Counted from the first letter of the stretch, positions 41,796-52,190 are shown. The stretch is DNA of 64,000 nt from a candidate division WOR-3 bacterium (GCA_039804105.1 JBDRZU010000001.1:1-64000); one strand, 5' to 3'. Notes: generated from the letters alone by a model not told the origin. Numbers and translations: made by a program.

Positions 41796-43916
41796 ATGGC
41801 AACTTTAAGTGAAGCTAAAGAAAAAGCGTTACAACTCGAAAAGAGTGGAAGATTTGAGGATGCTATAAAAATCTATATGAAAATTATTGCGGCGACGAAG
41901 GGACAGCCGGATCCTGCAATCTATAATAAAATTGGTGATCTTTACATTAACAATTTAAAGAAAAAGTCTGAAGCTATTGAAAACTACAGAATGGCAATGA
42001 ACATTTATGTTCAACAGACATGGTTCCCCCTTGCAATAGCGATGGCAAAAAAGATTATCAAACTTGATCCTGATCAACTTGAAATGTATGAAACTGTTGC
42101 TGATCTACAAAAGAGAGCAGGTTCAATTGGAGAGGCGTTGAATTCTTATATTCTTTTTGCAGAAAAAGCGATTCAACAGAAAAACATAACGATGGCCATA
42201 GAGGGTTTCAAAAAAACACTTGAACTTGTTCCAGAGAAGGTGGAGATAAAAGAAAAACTTATAGATCTTTACATTCAGGAAAACAATCTTGAGTTTGCGC
42301 TCGAATACTTAAAAGATGTTGAATCATTTTATTTAAAGAGAGGAGATTTACCTCAAGCATCGATGACGAGGAAAAGAATCTCTCAGATAGAATCGAAACT
42401 TGGAATAAAAAAAGAAGAAATAAAGGAACCAATCAAGGAACCTCCGAAATTTGAGGAGAAAAAGAAAGAGATTATTGAAGAGAATCTTGAAGTGGATCTA
42501 ACTGAACTCACCGAAGATTTAGCAAAGCAACTCGATGAAACATTCTCAGGGGATATTTTTGAAACAAAGTCAGAACAGAAGGAAGAGAAAAAAAATCTTG
42601 AAGAGGAAAAATTTGAAGATATCTCTTCAATATTCAAAGAGGATGCCACAAGTATAGAATCTTATGTTGAACTTGGGAAACTCCAGGAAGATCTCGATAT
42701 AAAGAGCGCTATTGAATACTATTATCAGGGTGCTGAAGCATATTATAACGCTGGGAATTTTAAAAGAGCACTTGAAGTTTATACAAGGATCTTCGAACTC
42801 GATAATGAACAAAAAATCGCTTCTGAAAAAATTATTGAACTTTCAAACAAGACCGGTGATTTTAAAGGTGCTATAATGGTTTTTCTTTATTTTGCTAACA
42901 AGGTTAAAAATGAATCAAAAGAAAAAGCAAAATATTACATAGATACGATTTTGAAAGTTGATCCAACCAATAAAGAAGCTTTAAAAATAAAAGGCGAAAT
43001 CGAGCAGGTAAGTACAGTCTTTGAAAAACCTGTTTTTGAGGAACCCAAAAAACCGGTTGAAAAACCTCAACAGACAGTTGTTCCAAAACAGCAGAAAGAA
43101 GAAAAAGTTGAGGACTTCCTTACGTCCTTCAAAGAGGATGTTTTAAAAGAATCTGAAAGTTTTGATATATTCAAAGAGAGTGAGCATTTAACAGCTGCTG
43201 ATATTCTCAAAGGCAAGAATGAAGGTGGTAAACCAAAGTTTAAAGTTGAGGAGGGACAAAAAGAGGCCAAAGATGAGTCCTTCTGGTCTTTACAGGAATT
43301 GCTCGACGAGTTAAAAGATGGGCTCAATCAAAACATTTCAGAGGAGGATGTATCGAGTCACTATGATCTTGGTTTATCCTTTAAAGAGATGGGGCTGTAT
43401 GATATGGCTATTGAGGAGTTCCAAAAATCTGTAAAGAATAAAGATTTTGAAATGAAATCACTTGAAATGCTCGGGCAATGTTTCCTTGAAAAAGGGGAAC
43501 TTGATCTTGCGGAAGAAAGTTTGATAAAAGCTCTGTCGATGAAAGGAAAAGCGGAGATTGAGTATCTGGGTATAAAATATACTCTTGGAAAACTTTATGA
43601 AAGAAAAAATATGTTCAAAGAAGCCCTAAAACTTTACAATGAAATCTATGCTGTTGATTCGAAGTTTGAAGATGTAGAAAAAAGGATAAACACTCTGAAA
43701 AATTTAACAAAGCAGGTTGAAAAACCTAAAATGGAAGTATCAGGTAAAAAAGAGGAAACGAAAAAGGAAGAGTTCATTGATTTCTCCTCAATTTTAAAAC
43801 AGGAAATAGGAGAAGATTTCAATCTTGATGATTTTAATGTTGATGAATTCAACATCGATTCTTTTGATGATTCAAAAAGTGATAAAGGTAAAAATAACAA
43901 AATAAGTTATATGTGA
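41796..43916 (+). CDS. Large TPR protein with acidic linker (SgmX-like architecture)
   Basis: N-terminal TPR array; C-terminal SHYDLGLSFKEMGLYDMAIEEF TPR block; ends KISYM. Confidence 0.8.
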   Translation: MATLSEAKEKALQLEKSGRFEDAIKIYMKIIAATKGQPDPAIYNKIGDLYINNLKKKSEAIENYRMAMNIYVQQTWFPLAIAMAKKIIKLDPDQLEMYETVADLQKRAGSIGEALNSYILFAEKAIQQKNITMAIEGFKKTLELVPEKVEIKEKLIDLYIQENNLEFALEYLKDVESFYLKRGDLPQASMTRKRISQIESKLGIKKEEIKEPIKEPPKFEEKKKEIIEENLEVDLTELTEDLAKQLDETFSGDIFETKSEQKEEKKNLEEEKFEDISSIFKEDATSIESYVELGKLQEDLDIKSAIEYYYQGAEAYYNAGNFKRALEVYTRIFELDNEQKIASEKIIELSNKTGDFKGAIMVFLYFANKVKNESKEKAKYYIDTILKVDPTNKEALKIKGEIEQVSTVFEKPVFEEPKKPVEKPQQTVVPKQQKEEKVEDFLTSFKEDVLKESESFDIFKESEHLTAADILKGKNEGGKPKFKVEEGQKEAKDESFWSLQELLDELKDGLNQNISEEDVSSHYDLGLSFKEMGLYDMAIEEFQKSVKNKDFEMKSLEMLGQCFLEKGELDLAEESLIKALSMKGKAEIEYLGIKYTLGKLYERKNMFKEALKLYNEIYAVDSKFEDVEKRINTLKNLTKQVEKPKMEVSGKKEETKKEEFIDFSSILKQEIGEDFNLDDFNVDEFNIDSFDDSKSDKGKNNKISYM

Positions 43917-43917
43917 T

Positions 43918-44736
43918 ATGGATTACAACAACTATTTTGGTTTTAATCTGGCCCCATTTTCAAGTTCTCCTGATGAAAGATTCTACTACAATTCTCCTTA
44001 CCATTCGAAAGCTATAATCAAACTTTTACATGTTGTTGAGCAAAGAAGGGGACTTGCTGTTTTGATAGGAGATATCGGTACAGGAAAAACAATGATATCA
44101 AGGAAACTTCTTGACTATTTTTCATCTAAGAGTGATATTTTTGAAGTTTCCCTTCTTGTGATAATACATTCGGAAATAACAGCTGGTTGGCTTTTAAAAA
44201 AAATTGCTATCCAACTTGGCGCTAAAGTTGAAACCGATGACAAGATAGATATAATAGGACATGTTTATAAGCAACTCTCCTATCTTAAAGAGAAGAGAAA
44301 AAGACCTGTTGTTATGATAGATGAGGCGAATATGTTAAAGAGCAAAGAGATAATGGAAGAGTTGAGAGGGCTTTTGAATATAGTTGATAATGATGGACAT
44401 CTGATTACCTTTCTCCTGTTTGGAATGCCTGAAACCGAAGAAAATTTAAAACTTGACCCACCACTTTACGAAAGGATAAGTGTGAAATTGACATTGAATC
44501 CTCTCGATCTTGAATCAACCATAGGATATATAAACCACAGGATCAAAATAGCTGGAAGAGAAGAACCTCTCTTTTCTGCTGGTGCTATGCAACTCATACA
44601 TACATTTTCAAAAGGTAAACCAAGGTTGATCAACACTATCTGTGATAACGCTTTACTTGAAGCGTTTATCGAAAAGAAAAAGTTCATCGATGAGGATATA
44701 ATCAAACAGATATCTTCGGATATGGGCTTGAAATGA
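43918..44736 (+). CDS. ExeA/GspA-family AAA+ ATPase (stand-alone), copy 2
   Basis: YFGF...PFS.SPD..FYY, GDIGTGKT, MIDEAN, GKPRLINTICDNALL. Confidence 0.9.
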   Translation: MDYNNYFGFNLAPFSSSPDERFYYNSPYHSKAIIKLLHVVEQRRGLAVLIGDIGTGKTMISRKLLDYFSSKSDIFEVSLLVIIHSEITAGWLLKKIAIQLGAKVETDDKIDIIGHVYKQLSYLKEKRKRPVVMIDEANMLKSKEIMEELRGLLNIVDNDGHLITFLLFGMPETEENLKLDPPLYERISVKLTLNPLDLESTIGYINHRIKIAGREEPLFSAGAMQLIHTFSKGKPRLINTICDNALLEAFIEKKKFIDEDIIKQISSDMGLK

Positions 44737-45545
44737 ACAATATCATTGCAGATTTACATATACACTCAAATTATTCTGATGGCAACCTTTCTGTTGAAGA
44801 TATATGCAAACTTTTAAAGATAAAAGGGATAAAATATTTTTCGATAACCGATCATGACTCAAATAGATCTTACGAAGATGCGAAGTTTAATTCAAAAAAA
44901 TATGAACTTGAATATTTCCCCGGGATCGAATTCTCAACAGTGCATAAAAAAAGGCAGGTTCATATACTATTTTATGGAAAAAACATGACGGAAATCGGAA
45001 AAGAACTTGAGTTGAGAAAAAATGATAGATTTTCAAGAATATTGAAAATGGTTGAACTTTTGAAAGGATTCAACATAAATATAGAAAAAGAGGATCTTTT
45101 TTTCGAAGCAAAATATTCTGAATCGATCGGGAGACCTCATCTTGCAAGGGTTATGGTGAAAAGAGGTTTTGTATCAAATCTGAAAGAAGCTTTTGAAAAA
45201 TATATAGGTGATGATAAACCTTGTTATGTTCCCAAAAAGGAGTTCTCAGTCAAAGAAACTGTTGATATGATTCATAACTATAAAGGGTTAGCTGTTCTTG
45301 CACATCCTTATGAAAATAATGTTGTTGAATTTATAGATGAGATTATAGATTATGATATAGATGGTATAGAAGTTTTTTCACCAAAAAACAATCAGTTCAA
45401 TATCGAGTTTCTACGAGAAAAAGCGTTTAAAAATTCTTTGTTGATAACCGGTGGTACAGATTTCCATGGTGATGGAGAATACCAAAAGTATGGGTTGAAC
45501 AGTTTGAATTTTGAGGAATTCTATAATGTATGGAGGAATTTATGA
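44733..45545 (+). CDS. PHP-domain metal-dependent phosphoesterase (TrpH/YciV-like)
   Basis: DLHIHS..SDG, ITDHD, GIE, GRPH, LAHP, GGTDFHG. Confidence 0.92.
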   Translation: MNNIIADLHIHSNYSDGNLSVEDICKLLKIKGIKYFSITDHDSNRSYEDAKFNSKKYELEYFPGIEFSTVHKKRQVHILFYGKNMTEIGKELELRKNDRFSRILKMVELLKGFNINIEKEDLFFEAKYSESIGRPHLARVMVKRGFVSNLKEAFEKYIGDDKPCYVPKKEFSVKETVDMIHNYKGLAVLAHPYENNVVEFIDEIIDYDIDGIEVFSPKNNQFNIEFLREKAFKNSLLITGGTDFHGDGEYQKYGLNSLNFEEFYNVWRNL

Positions 45546-46747
45546 ATATAGAACTTTTAAAAAGTTTGATTCAACAGAATGAAAAAAAGATGTTACTTGT
45601 AATACTCGATGGAGTTGGAGGAATACCTGATAGCTCAAAAATGACTGAACTTGAAAAAGCAAATAAGAAAAATATGGATGAACTTGCAAAGAATAATGAT
45701 CTTGGATATATGGTTCCTGTTGATATAGGGATAACACCGGGTAGTGGCCCCGGTCATCTTGCTGTATTTGGCTATGAACCAACGGAATACCCTATTGGTA
45801 GGGGTATACTTGAAGCGTTGGGACTCGATATAAAGATAGATGAAAAAACCGTTACTGCAAGATGCAATTTCGCTACAATGAATACAGAGGGTAAAATAAT
45901 CGATAGAAGAGCTGGAAGGATATCAAGTGAAGAAAATATAAGATTAGTAAAAAAATTGAACGAGAATTTTAAAGATTTTGGGAAATATAAAGTTGAATTC
46001 TATTCAGGGAAAGAACATCGATTTGTCCTTGTGGTGAGAGGTATTGAAAACGATGCCTATGTTAACGATACGGATCCACAGGTTGTGATGGAAAAACCTT
46101 TAAAAGCAAAATCGATCAAAGGGAATAGTGAAGAATGTGCTAATATAATAAATGAAATCTTTGAAAAAAGTTTGAAAATTTTAAAAGATGAACAAAAAGC
46201 TAACTGTATACTTTTTAGAGGTATTTCAAAAATGCCGTCAATAGAACCATTTAAAGATCGTTATGGATTAAACCCGGCATGTATAGCCACCTACCCTATG
46301 TATAAAGGATTAGCATCATTGGTTAAAATGGATATTTTGAAAACAGGAGAAACTTTAAAAGATCAGATAGAAACTTTAAAAGAAAATTATAATAAGTATG
46401 ATTTCTTCTTTTTTCATGTTAAAAAGACAGATTCCTATGGAGAGGATGGTGATTTCGAAAATAAGACTAAAGTGATAGAAGAGTTTGATAAACTTCTTCC
46501 AGAAATACTCTCTCTTGATTTTGAAGTTGTTGCGATAACTTCAGATCATTCAACCCCATCGGTAATGAAAGCACACTCATACCATTATGTTCCTTTACTT
46601 TTCATCAACAAATACCCAAGACCTGTTGATGTTAAAGGTTTTTCAGAAAGAGAGTGTTTGAAAGGATCGATTGGAAAAATCTATTCAAAAGAACTTATAG
46701 TTTTGATGCTAGCTGCTTCATCCAAATTGAAGAAGTTTGGTGCATGA
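45542..46747 (+). CDS. apgM: Cofactor-independent phosphoglycerate mutase, ApgM type
   Basis: ILDGVG, TPGSGPGHL, GRGILEALG, HVKKTDSYGEDG, TSDHSTP; GGAGG SD favours ATG 45542. Confidence 0.93.
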   Translation: MNIELLKSLIQQNEKKMLLVILDGVGGIPDSSKMTELEKANKKNMDELAKNNDLGYMVPVDIGITPGSGPGHLAVFGYEPTEYPIGRGILEALGLDIKIDEKTVTARCNFATMNTEGKIIDRRAGRISSEENIRLVKKLNENFKDFGKYKVEFYSGKEHRFVLVVRGIENDAYVNDTDPQVVMEKPLKAKSIKGNSEECANIINEIFEKSLKILKDEQKANCILFRGISKMPSIEPFKDRYGLNPACIATYPMYKGLASLVKMDILKTGETLKDQIETLKENYNKYDFFFFHVKKTDSYGEDGDFENKTKVIEEFDKLLPEILSLDFEVVAITSDHSTPSVMKAHSYHYVPLLFINKYPRPVDVKGFSERECLKGSIGKIYSKELIVLMLAASSKLKKFGA

Positions 46748-47616
46748 TGAAAAAGTCAGGATATGTTTCTATAATTGGTAAACCAAATACAGGTAAATCA
46801 ACACTTTTGAACAGAATTTTAAAAGTTAATATTTCTGCTGTAAGTAAAAAAGCTCAGACAACAAGAGCTGCTGTTCTTGGTATATATAACGATGAATCTT
46901 CCCAGATAATCTTTTATGATACTCCAGGAATAATAAAGAGTAAAAATCTATTAGAAGAAGAAATGATGAACGATATTGAAAGGGTACTCAAGGGATCAGA
47001 TATAATAATCTATATCCATGATAACAAAAACTGGGTGGATGATAAAATAGAGTTTAAAAAAAAGAAGGATACTGTTGAACTTGTTGTTTTGAATAAAATC
47101 GATCTGATAACCCAGGAAGAAGCAAACATGATTTTAAATAATCTAAAAGAAAAATATTCTCTTGAAGTCATACCTGTTTCAGCTTTAACGGGATATAACA
47201 TCGATAAGTTAATAGAAGAGATAAAATCTAAACTTCCCCACGATATCTTATTTTACCCTGAGGATATGATAAGTGAAAAACCCGAAAGATTTTTTGTCGC
47301 TGAATTTGTAAGACAGATTGTTTTTGAAACATACGGACAGGAAATTCCATATTCAACTGGTGTTATAATTGATGAGTTCAAAGAAAGGGGAGATGGAAAG
47401 GATTATATAAAAATCATTCTTCTTGTCGAAAGAGAATCACAAAAGAAAATTCTTATTGGTGAGAAAGGAAAGATGATAAAAAAGGTTGGAATAGAATCAA
47501 GAAAACTTATAGAAGATTTTTTGGAAAGGCCTGTTTTTCTCGAACTTGTTGTAAAAGTTTCACCCGATTGGAAAAATAAAAAAAATATTATAAGAAAAAT
47601 GTGGGAACAGATATAG
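46744..47616 (+). CDS. era: GTPase Era
   Basis: GKPNTGKST, QTTR, DTPG, NKID, QEIPY, KH domain; start re-set to the ATGA overlap with apgM. Confidence 0.96.
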   Translation: MMKKSGYVSIIGKPNTGKSTLLNRILKVNISAVSKKAQTTRAAVLGIYNDESSQIIFYDTPGIIKSKNLLEEEMMNDIERVLKGSDIIIYIHDNKNWVDDKIEFKKKKDTVELVVLNKIDLITQEEANMILNNLKEKYSLEVIPVSALTGYNIDKLIEEIKSKLPHDILFYPEDMISEKPERFFVAEFVRQIVFETYGQEIPYSTGVIIDEFKERGDGKDYIKIILLVERESQKKILIGEKGKMIKKVGIESRKLIEDFLERPVFLELVVKVSPDWKNKKNIIRKMWEQI

Positions 47617-47639
47617 AGAGGTTTTTACCTCTCTATATC
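47610..47639. terminator. Hairpin between convergent genes (probable terminator)
   Basis: GATATAGAGAGGT-TTTT-ACCTCTCTATATC, 13-bp perfect stem overlapping the era stop. Confidence 0.7.
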
Positions 47640-47655
47640 ATTATTGGGAATATAA

Positions 47656-48870
47656 TTATTTTACATAATCCGAAATAACATCAGCAAGTCTTTTGACACC
47701 TTCAACTATCTCTTCTTTTGTTGGATATGAAAAGTTGACTCTGAAAGAGTTCTTTTTGTTTCCATGCGCATAAAAAGCACTTCCCACAACGTATGCTACA
47801 TTTTTTTCTATTGCAAATTTAAACATTTCATCACAATCATAACCCTCAGGTAAAGAAACCCACAAAAACAATCCACCATCAGGTTTTGTCCATTTTATCC
47901 CTTTGTTTTTTGGCATGTATTTTTCAAGTGATTCAAGCATAAGTTCATTCTTTTCCTTATAAATTGATATAGTCCTTTCAACTGTTTTTTTCAGAAGTCC
48001 TCTGTTTAAGAATAATGCTGCTATGAACTGATTAAATGGAGGTGTGCAGAGATCTGTTGCCTGTTTTGCTACTATGAATTTATCGATTATCTCTTTCGGA
48101 GCAACAGCCCAACCCAATCTGAATCCTGGAACAAATATTTTACTAAATGTAAACAAGGCGATAACAAGGTTATTTTTGTCAAGTGAAAGAAGTGAAGGAA
48201 TATTTTCGTTTCTGTATCTTATCATTCTGTACGGAGAGTCCTCTATTATCATAATTTTTTCTCTTGTGGCTATTTCAAGTAACTCTTTCCTTCTTTTTAA
48301 TGACATCGTTACACCTGCTGGATTATGAAAATCAGGGATAACATATATGAATTTTGGTTTTATTTTTTCTTTTTTTAACCTGTTTATCGTCAAGTCAAGA
48401 AGATCTGTTTTGATACCCTCTTCATCGAGTTCAACATCGACCATTCTGCTTCTATAACTGTTGAAAGCACTGATGGCACCAACATAGGTCGGAGATTCTA
48501 CAATGCAGGTATCCTGTGGATTCAAGAAGATTTTTCCGACAAGGTCAAGTCCCTGCTGACTTGCAATAGTTATACTGATATTCTCCTCTTTTACAGATAC
48601 ATTTTCACTCTCTTTCATAAGTTTTATCAGTTCTGAAAGAAGCATTGGAAGTCCTTCTGTTGAACCATATTGCAAGGCCTTTGCTCCATATTTGTCATAA
48701 ACTTCCTGTGTTATTGTTTTTAGCTCTTCAACAGGAAACGACTCTGTTGATGGGAGCCCTCCAGCAAAAGATATTATCCCTTCTTTTTGGGTTAATTTTA
48801 ATAGTTCTCTTATGACCGATCTTTTCATCGATTTAATGTTATCTGAAAAAAGTTCTTCATAATTTATCAT
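47656..48870 (-). CDS. PLP-dependent class I/II aminotransferase (LysN/ARO8-like)
   Basis: ISFAGGLP, FHNPAG, EDSPY, TFSKIFVPGFRLGW; promoter TTGATA-N17-TAAAAT at 48900-48928. Confidence 0.93.
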   Translation of the reverse strand: MINYEELFSDNIKSMKRSVIRELLKLTQKEGIISFAGGLPSTESFPVEELKTITQEVYDKYGAKALQYGSTEGLPMLLSELIKLMKESENVSVKEENISITIASQQGLDLVGKIFLNPQDTCIVESPTYVGAISAFNSYRSRMVDVELDEEGIKTDLLDLTINRLKKEKIKPKFIYVIPDFHNPAGVTMSLKRRKELLEIATREKIMIIEDSPYRMIRYRNENIPSLLSLDKNNLVIALFTFSKIFVPGFRLGWAVAPKEIIDKFIVAKQATDLCTPPFNQFIAALFLNRGLLKKTVERTISIYKEKNELMLESLEKYMPKNKGIKWTKPDGGLFLWVSLPEGYDCDEMFKFAIEKNVAYVVGSAFYAHGNKKNSFRVNFSYPTKEEIVEGVKRLADVISDYVK

Positions 48871-48933
48871 AAATAACTCCTTTTATTGTAATATTCAAAA
48901 TTTTACCTTAAATCTTCTTAAATATCAAGAATT

Positions 48934-50247
48934 TTATTTTAGAAGATTTTGTAAAGAATCATATAAAAGTTCAGAAATGAGTTCAAATCCCAAATAGTTG
49001 TTGTGACAGTCATCAACAAAATATTTGCTTTTATCATCTTTCTCGTTAAAAAATTTCTCAAGATCTATTAGTTTTATTCGATATTCTTTTGAAATTTTTC
49101 TCAAAATCTCATTATAAATCGCAACATTTTTTCTAAAATCTTTTTCACTTTTGTATTGTTTTATGTTATAAGGTCTTGTCAGTAGAACAATTTCAAATTT
49201 CTTCTTTTGAGATAAATTTACAAATTCAAGAATATTATTTTCATAGTCCTGAAGGGATACTCTTGGAAGATCATCGAGCCCTTTTTTTGAAGATAATTTT
49301 ATTTTTTGTGATACGATAAATTTTACAAAATAATAGTTTTTTAAGTGACCATAAAAATGTAACAAAACGGTTGGAAATTTTCTGTATTTATCGTATCCAT
49401 AAAAAAATGTTGAAGCATCATTCCATCCAAAGGAAACGACTAAAATATCTGGAGAAAATTTTAATATGTAATGTTTAAACCTTAAAAGTCCCTGATAGGA
49501 AGTGTAACCTGTGACTCCAGCATTTATAACTTTAATATTATTCCTCCCTACATTTTCAAATCTTTTCTGAAGAAGATAAGGAAAAGAATGGATATCTTCA
49601 CCTTCAGTGTTGGAATCACCTATGCAAAAGATTCTAAACTCACCCTTAACTTTCTTTGTATTTTGGAGTTCTCCTTTAAAACCAAACCTGTTATATGGAT
49701 ATTCACCCCTTATCGGTTCCCAGAAAAAAATTGGGTTGAATATCAAATGTAAATTGTCTGTAACTTTGATCAGAAGATCTATATCGTTTGTTAAAAATTT
49801 TGTATCAATATCTTTAAACCTTTCATTTATAACTGAGATATCCTCAATGTCATCTGAAATTTTAAGAGTGTATATTGGAGAGTAGAGTTTAATTTTATCA
49901 AAATAAATCAACCAGAAAAAAATAAATTCCAATAAACCAAAAAAAATTATAATTGTTGATATAAACTGGGAAATTAGGATAAAATAATTCTTTTTATACA
50001 ATGTTTTTAAAACATTGTAAAACTTTTTTTGTGTGATAAAAACTAAAATCGAAAAAAATATAATAATGATTGTAAAGATTAACTTAAGTTTTCCATTTAA
50101 AAAAGGATTTAAAATGTATCTTAAGAAAAAAAGTGTAACAAGAAAAATTGCTGTTGAGAGTTTATAAAGTTTGTTCTGGTATTTTAAAAAGAGGAAAGGA
50201 GAAATTAAAAAAAAGAATAATATGATGATTTCAACAACATGTATCAT
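48934..50247 (-). CDS. Membrane-anchored SGNH/GDSL hydrolase-family protein
   Basis: GDSNT, NAGVTGY, FGWND, DDCH blocks after N-terminal TMs; start placed at ATG 50247 by promoter geometry. Confidence 0.85.
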   Translation of the reverse strand: MIHVVEIIILFFFLISPFLFLKYQNKLYKLSTAIFLVTLFFLRYILNPFLNGKLKLIFTIIIIFFSILVFITQKKFYNVLKTLYKKNYFILISQFISTIIIFFGLLEFIFFWLIYFDKIKLYSPIYTLKISDDIEDISVINERFKDIDTKFLTNDIDLLIKVTDNLHLIFNPIFFWEPIRGEYPYNRFGFKGELQNTKKVKGEFRIFCIGDSNTEGEDIHSFPYLLQKRFENVGRNNIKVINAGVTGYTSYQGLLRFKHYILKFSPDILVVSFGWNDASTFFYGYDKYRKFPTVLLHFYGHLKNYYFVKFIVSQKIKLSSKKGLDDLPRVSLQDYENNILEFVNLSQKKKFEIVLLTRPYNIKQYKSEKDFRKNVAIYNEILRKISKEYRIKLIDLEKFFNEKDDKSKYFVDDCHNNYLGFELISELLYDSLQNLLK

Positions 50248-50254
50248 TGATTTA

Positions 50255-50283
50255 ATTATATAATGCCTTCCGAAAAAAATCAA
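50255..50283 (-). promoter_or_regulatory. sigma70-type promoter, leaderless geometry
   Basis: TTGATT-N17-TATAAT, 7 nt before ATG 50247. Confidence 0.7.
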
Positions 50284-50288
50284 ATAGA

Positions 50289-50316
50289 TTGAAAAATTTT
50301 TAATTCGATCTAAAAT
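50289..50316 (+). promoter_or_regulatory. sigma70-type promoter, leaderless geometry
   Basis: TTGAAA-N16-TAAAAT, 6 nt before ATG 50323. Confidence 0.6.
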
Positions 50317-50322
50317 ATATTT

Positions 50323-50745
50323 ATGAAGTATATTTTGCTTGATGATACAGGTGATCTTGGTATAGAAGTCAAAGGATACCGGTTTTCAGATCTTTTTGAA
50401 AATCTTGGAAACTCGATTTTTGATCTTATCGTTGAAAACAAAAATGTATACATTTCATTTGTTGAAAGAAATTTTTTGAATGAGGATACTCTCGAAGATC
50501 TGATCATAAAATTTTCAAACAGTTTAATTTTGAGTTTTGAATGTAAAAAAATTGTTGGGAAAATTTTGAAAGTAAATTTTAGTGTTGAAGATAACAAGTA
50601 TAAAATAAATTATAAAATATTTGGTGAAAGATTTGATCCCTCAAAACATTTGGTCAGAAATGTTTTAAAATCAGCCACATACCATAATCTTGAATTTAAA
50701 GATCAAAAAAAGTATAAAAAGATAAGGTTGTATTTTGATCTATGA
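50323..50745 (+). CDS. Archease
   Basis: Y..LDDTGDLGI, GERFD..KH, KSATYH, terminal FDL; directly upstream of rtcB. Confidence 0.88.
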   Translation: MKYILLDDTGDLGIEVKGYRFSDLFENLGNSIFDLIVENKNVYISFVERNFLNEDTLEDLIIKFSNSLILSFECKKIVGKILKVNFSVEDNKYKINYKIFGERFDPSKHLVRNVLKSATYHNLEFKDQKKYKKIRLYFDL

Positions 50746-52190
50746 GTTATAAAGAATTTTTTAAAAGGATTGATGAAAATAAGGTTATTATTCCAAAAGG
50801 GTCCGTTGAAGGAATGAATGTTGATTGTGTAATTTTTGTTAACAGGGAACTCGAAAAAATAATTGAGGATGACTCAATAAAACAGATAATTAATGTTTCA
50901 AAATTACCTGGAATAGTAAAGAAAAGTATCGCTATGCCTGATATACATTCTGGATATGGTTTCCCTATCGGTGGAGTTGCAGCCTTTGATATAAAAGATG
51001 GAATCATTTCTCCAGGTGGAGTTGGATATGATATTAATTGTGGTGTTAGGTGTATTAAAACAAATTTAAAAAAGGATGAGATAAAAGATTCCGTAAAAGA
51101 ACTTTTGACAAAAATTTTTCTTGAAGTCCCATCGGGTGTTGGAAGCGATGGAAATGTTAAATTGAGTAAAGGTGACCTTAAAAAAATAGTTTTAAAAGGG
51201 GCGAAATGGGCTTTAGAAAATGGTTTCGGGGATGGTGAGGAAATAGATAGAATAGAATCTTCTGGATGTATAGATGGTGGAGATTATGAAAGTATAAGTG
51301 AGGAAGCATTTGAAAGAGGAATATCACAACAGGGCACTTTGGGAAGTGGGAACCATTTTCTTGAAATAGATTATGTTTCAAAAATTTTTGACCAAAATGT
51401 TGCTGAAAAATTTGGACTTTTTGAAAATCAAATCGTTATAATGTTGCATACTGGATCAAGAGGTTTTGGACATCAGATATGTACTGATTATGTTCTTTAT
51501 TTTTCAAAGGAGTTCAGAAAAGAAAGTAAAAGTTTACCTGATAAACAACTCGTTTATGCCCCATTCAGTTCAAATTCTGGTACGATGTATTATCAAGCGA
51601 TGGTTGGAGCTGCAAATTATGCATTTTGTAACAGACAGATAATTGGTCATCTGATAAAGAAAACGATTTTAAAATTTTTTAAAAGTTCAGGAAAAGATTT
51701 AAAAGTGGAACTTTTGTATGATATAGCTCACAACATTGCCAAAATCGAGGAGTATGAGATAGATGGTAAGAAGAAAAAACTTATTGTTCACAGAAAAGGT
51801 GCTACAAGATCTTTTCCGAAAGGATATCAACAACTCCCTTCCATTTATAGAGAAACAGGACAACCTGTTCTCATTCCTGGTGATATGATTTCAGGTGGAT
51901 ATATACTTGTTGGTGGAGAAAAGAGTGTTTATGAAAGTTTTTGTTCAACATGCCATGGAGCTGGAAGAACCTTATCGAGAAAACAGGCGATCAGGTTCTC
52001 AAAAAAAACTGATGTTTTTAAAAAGATAAAAGAAAGTGGAGTTTTTGTTTTATCACAGAGCAATCGAACAATTATTGAAGAGATACCTCAGGCTTATAAA
52101 AATGTTGATGATGTTATAGAAACTGTAAAAAACGCGGAACTCTCTTTACCTGTTGTAAAACTTTTACCTCTTGGTGTTATAAAAGGTTAA
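50742..52190 (+). CDS. rtcB: RNA ligase RtcB
   Basis: MPDIHSGYGFPIG, GYDINCG, GSGNHF, HTGSRG, HNIAK, HRKGAT, CHGAGR. Confidence 0.97.
   Translation: MSYKEFFKRIDENKVIIPKGSVEGMNVDCVIFVNRELEKIIEDDSIKQIINVSKLPGIVKKSIAMPDIHSGYGFPIGGVAAFDIKDGIISPGGVGYDINCGVRCIKTNLKKDEIKDSVKELLTKIFLEVPSGVGSDGNVKLSKGDLKKIVLKGAKWALENGFGDGEEIDRIESSGCIDGGDYESISEEAFERGISQQGTLGSGNHFLEIDYVSKIFDQNVAEKFGLFENQIVIMLHTGSRGFGHQICTDYVLYFSKEFRKESKSLPDKQLVYAPFSSNSGTMYYQAMVGAANYAFCNRQIIGHLIKKTILKFFKSSGKDLKVELLYDIAHNIAKIEEYEIDGKKKKLIVHRKGATRSFPKGYQQLPSIYRETGQPVLIPGDMISGGYILVGGEKSVYESFCSTCHGAGRTLSRKQAIRFSKKTDVFKKIKESGVFVLSQSNRTIIEEIPQAYKNVDDVIETVKNAELSLPVVKLLPLGVIKG

Noticed and set aside
46654..46743. 30-aa N-terminal extension of Era in the ORF track
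   Set aside because: Lies inside apgM; the ATGA overlap at 46744 gives a normal Era start
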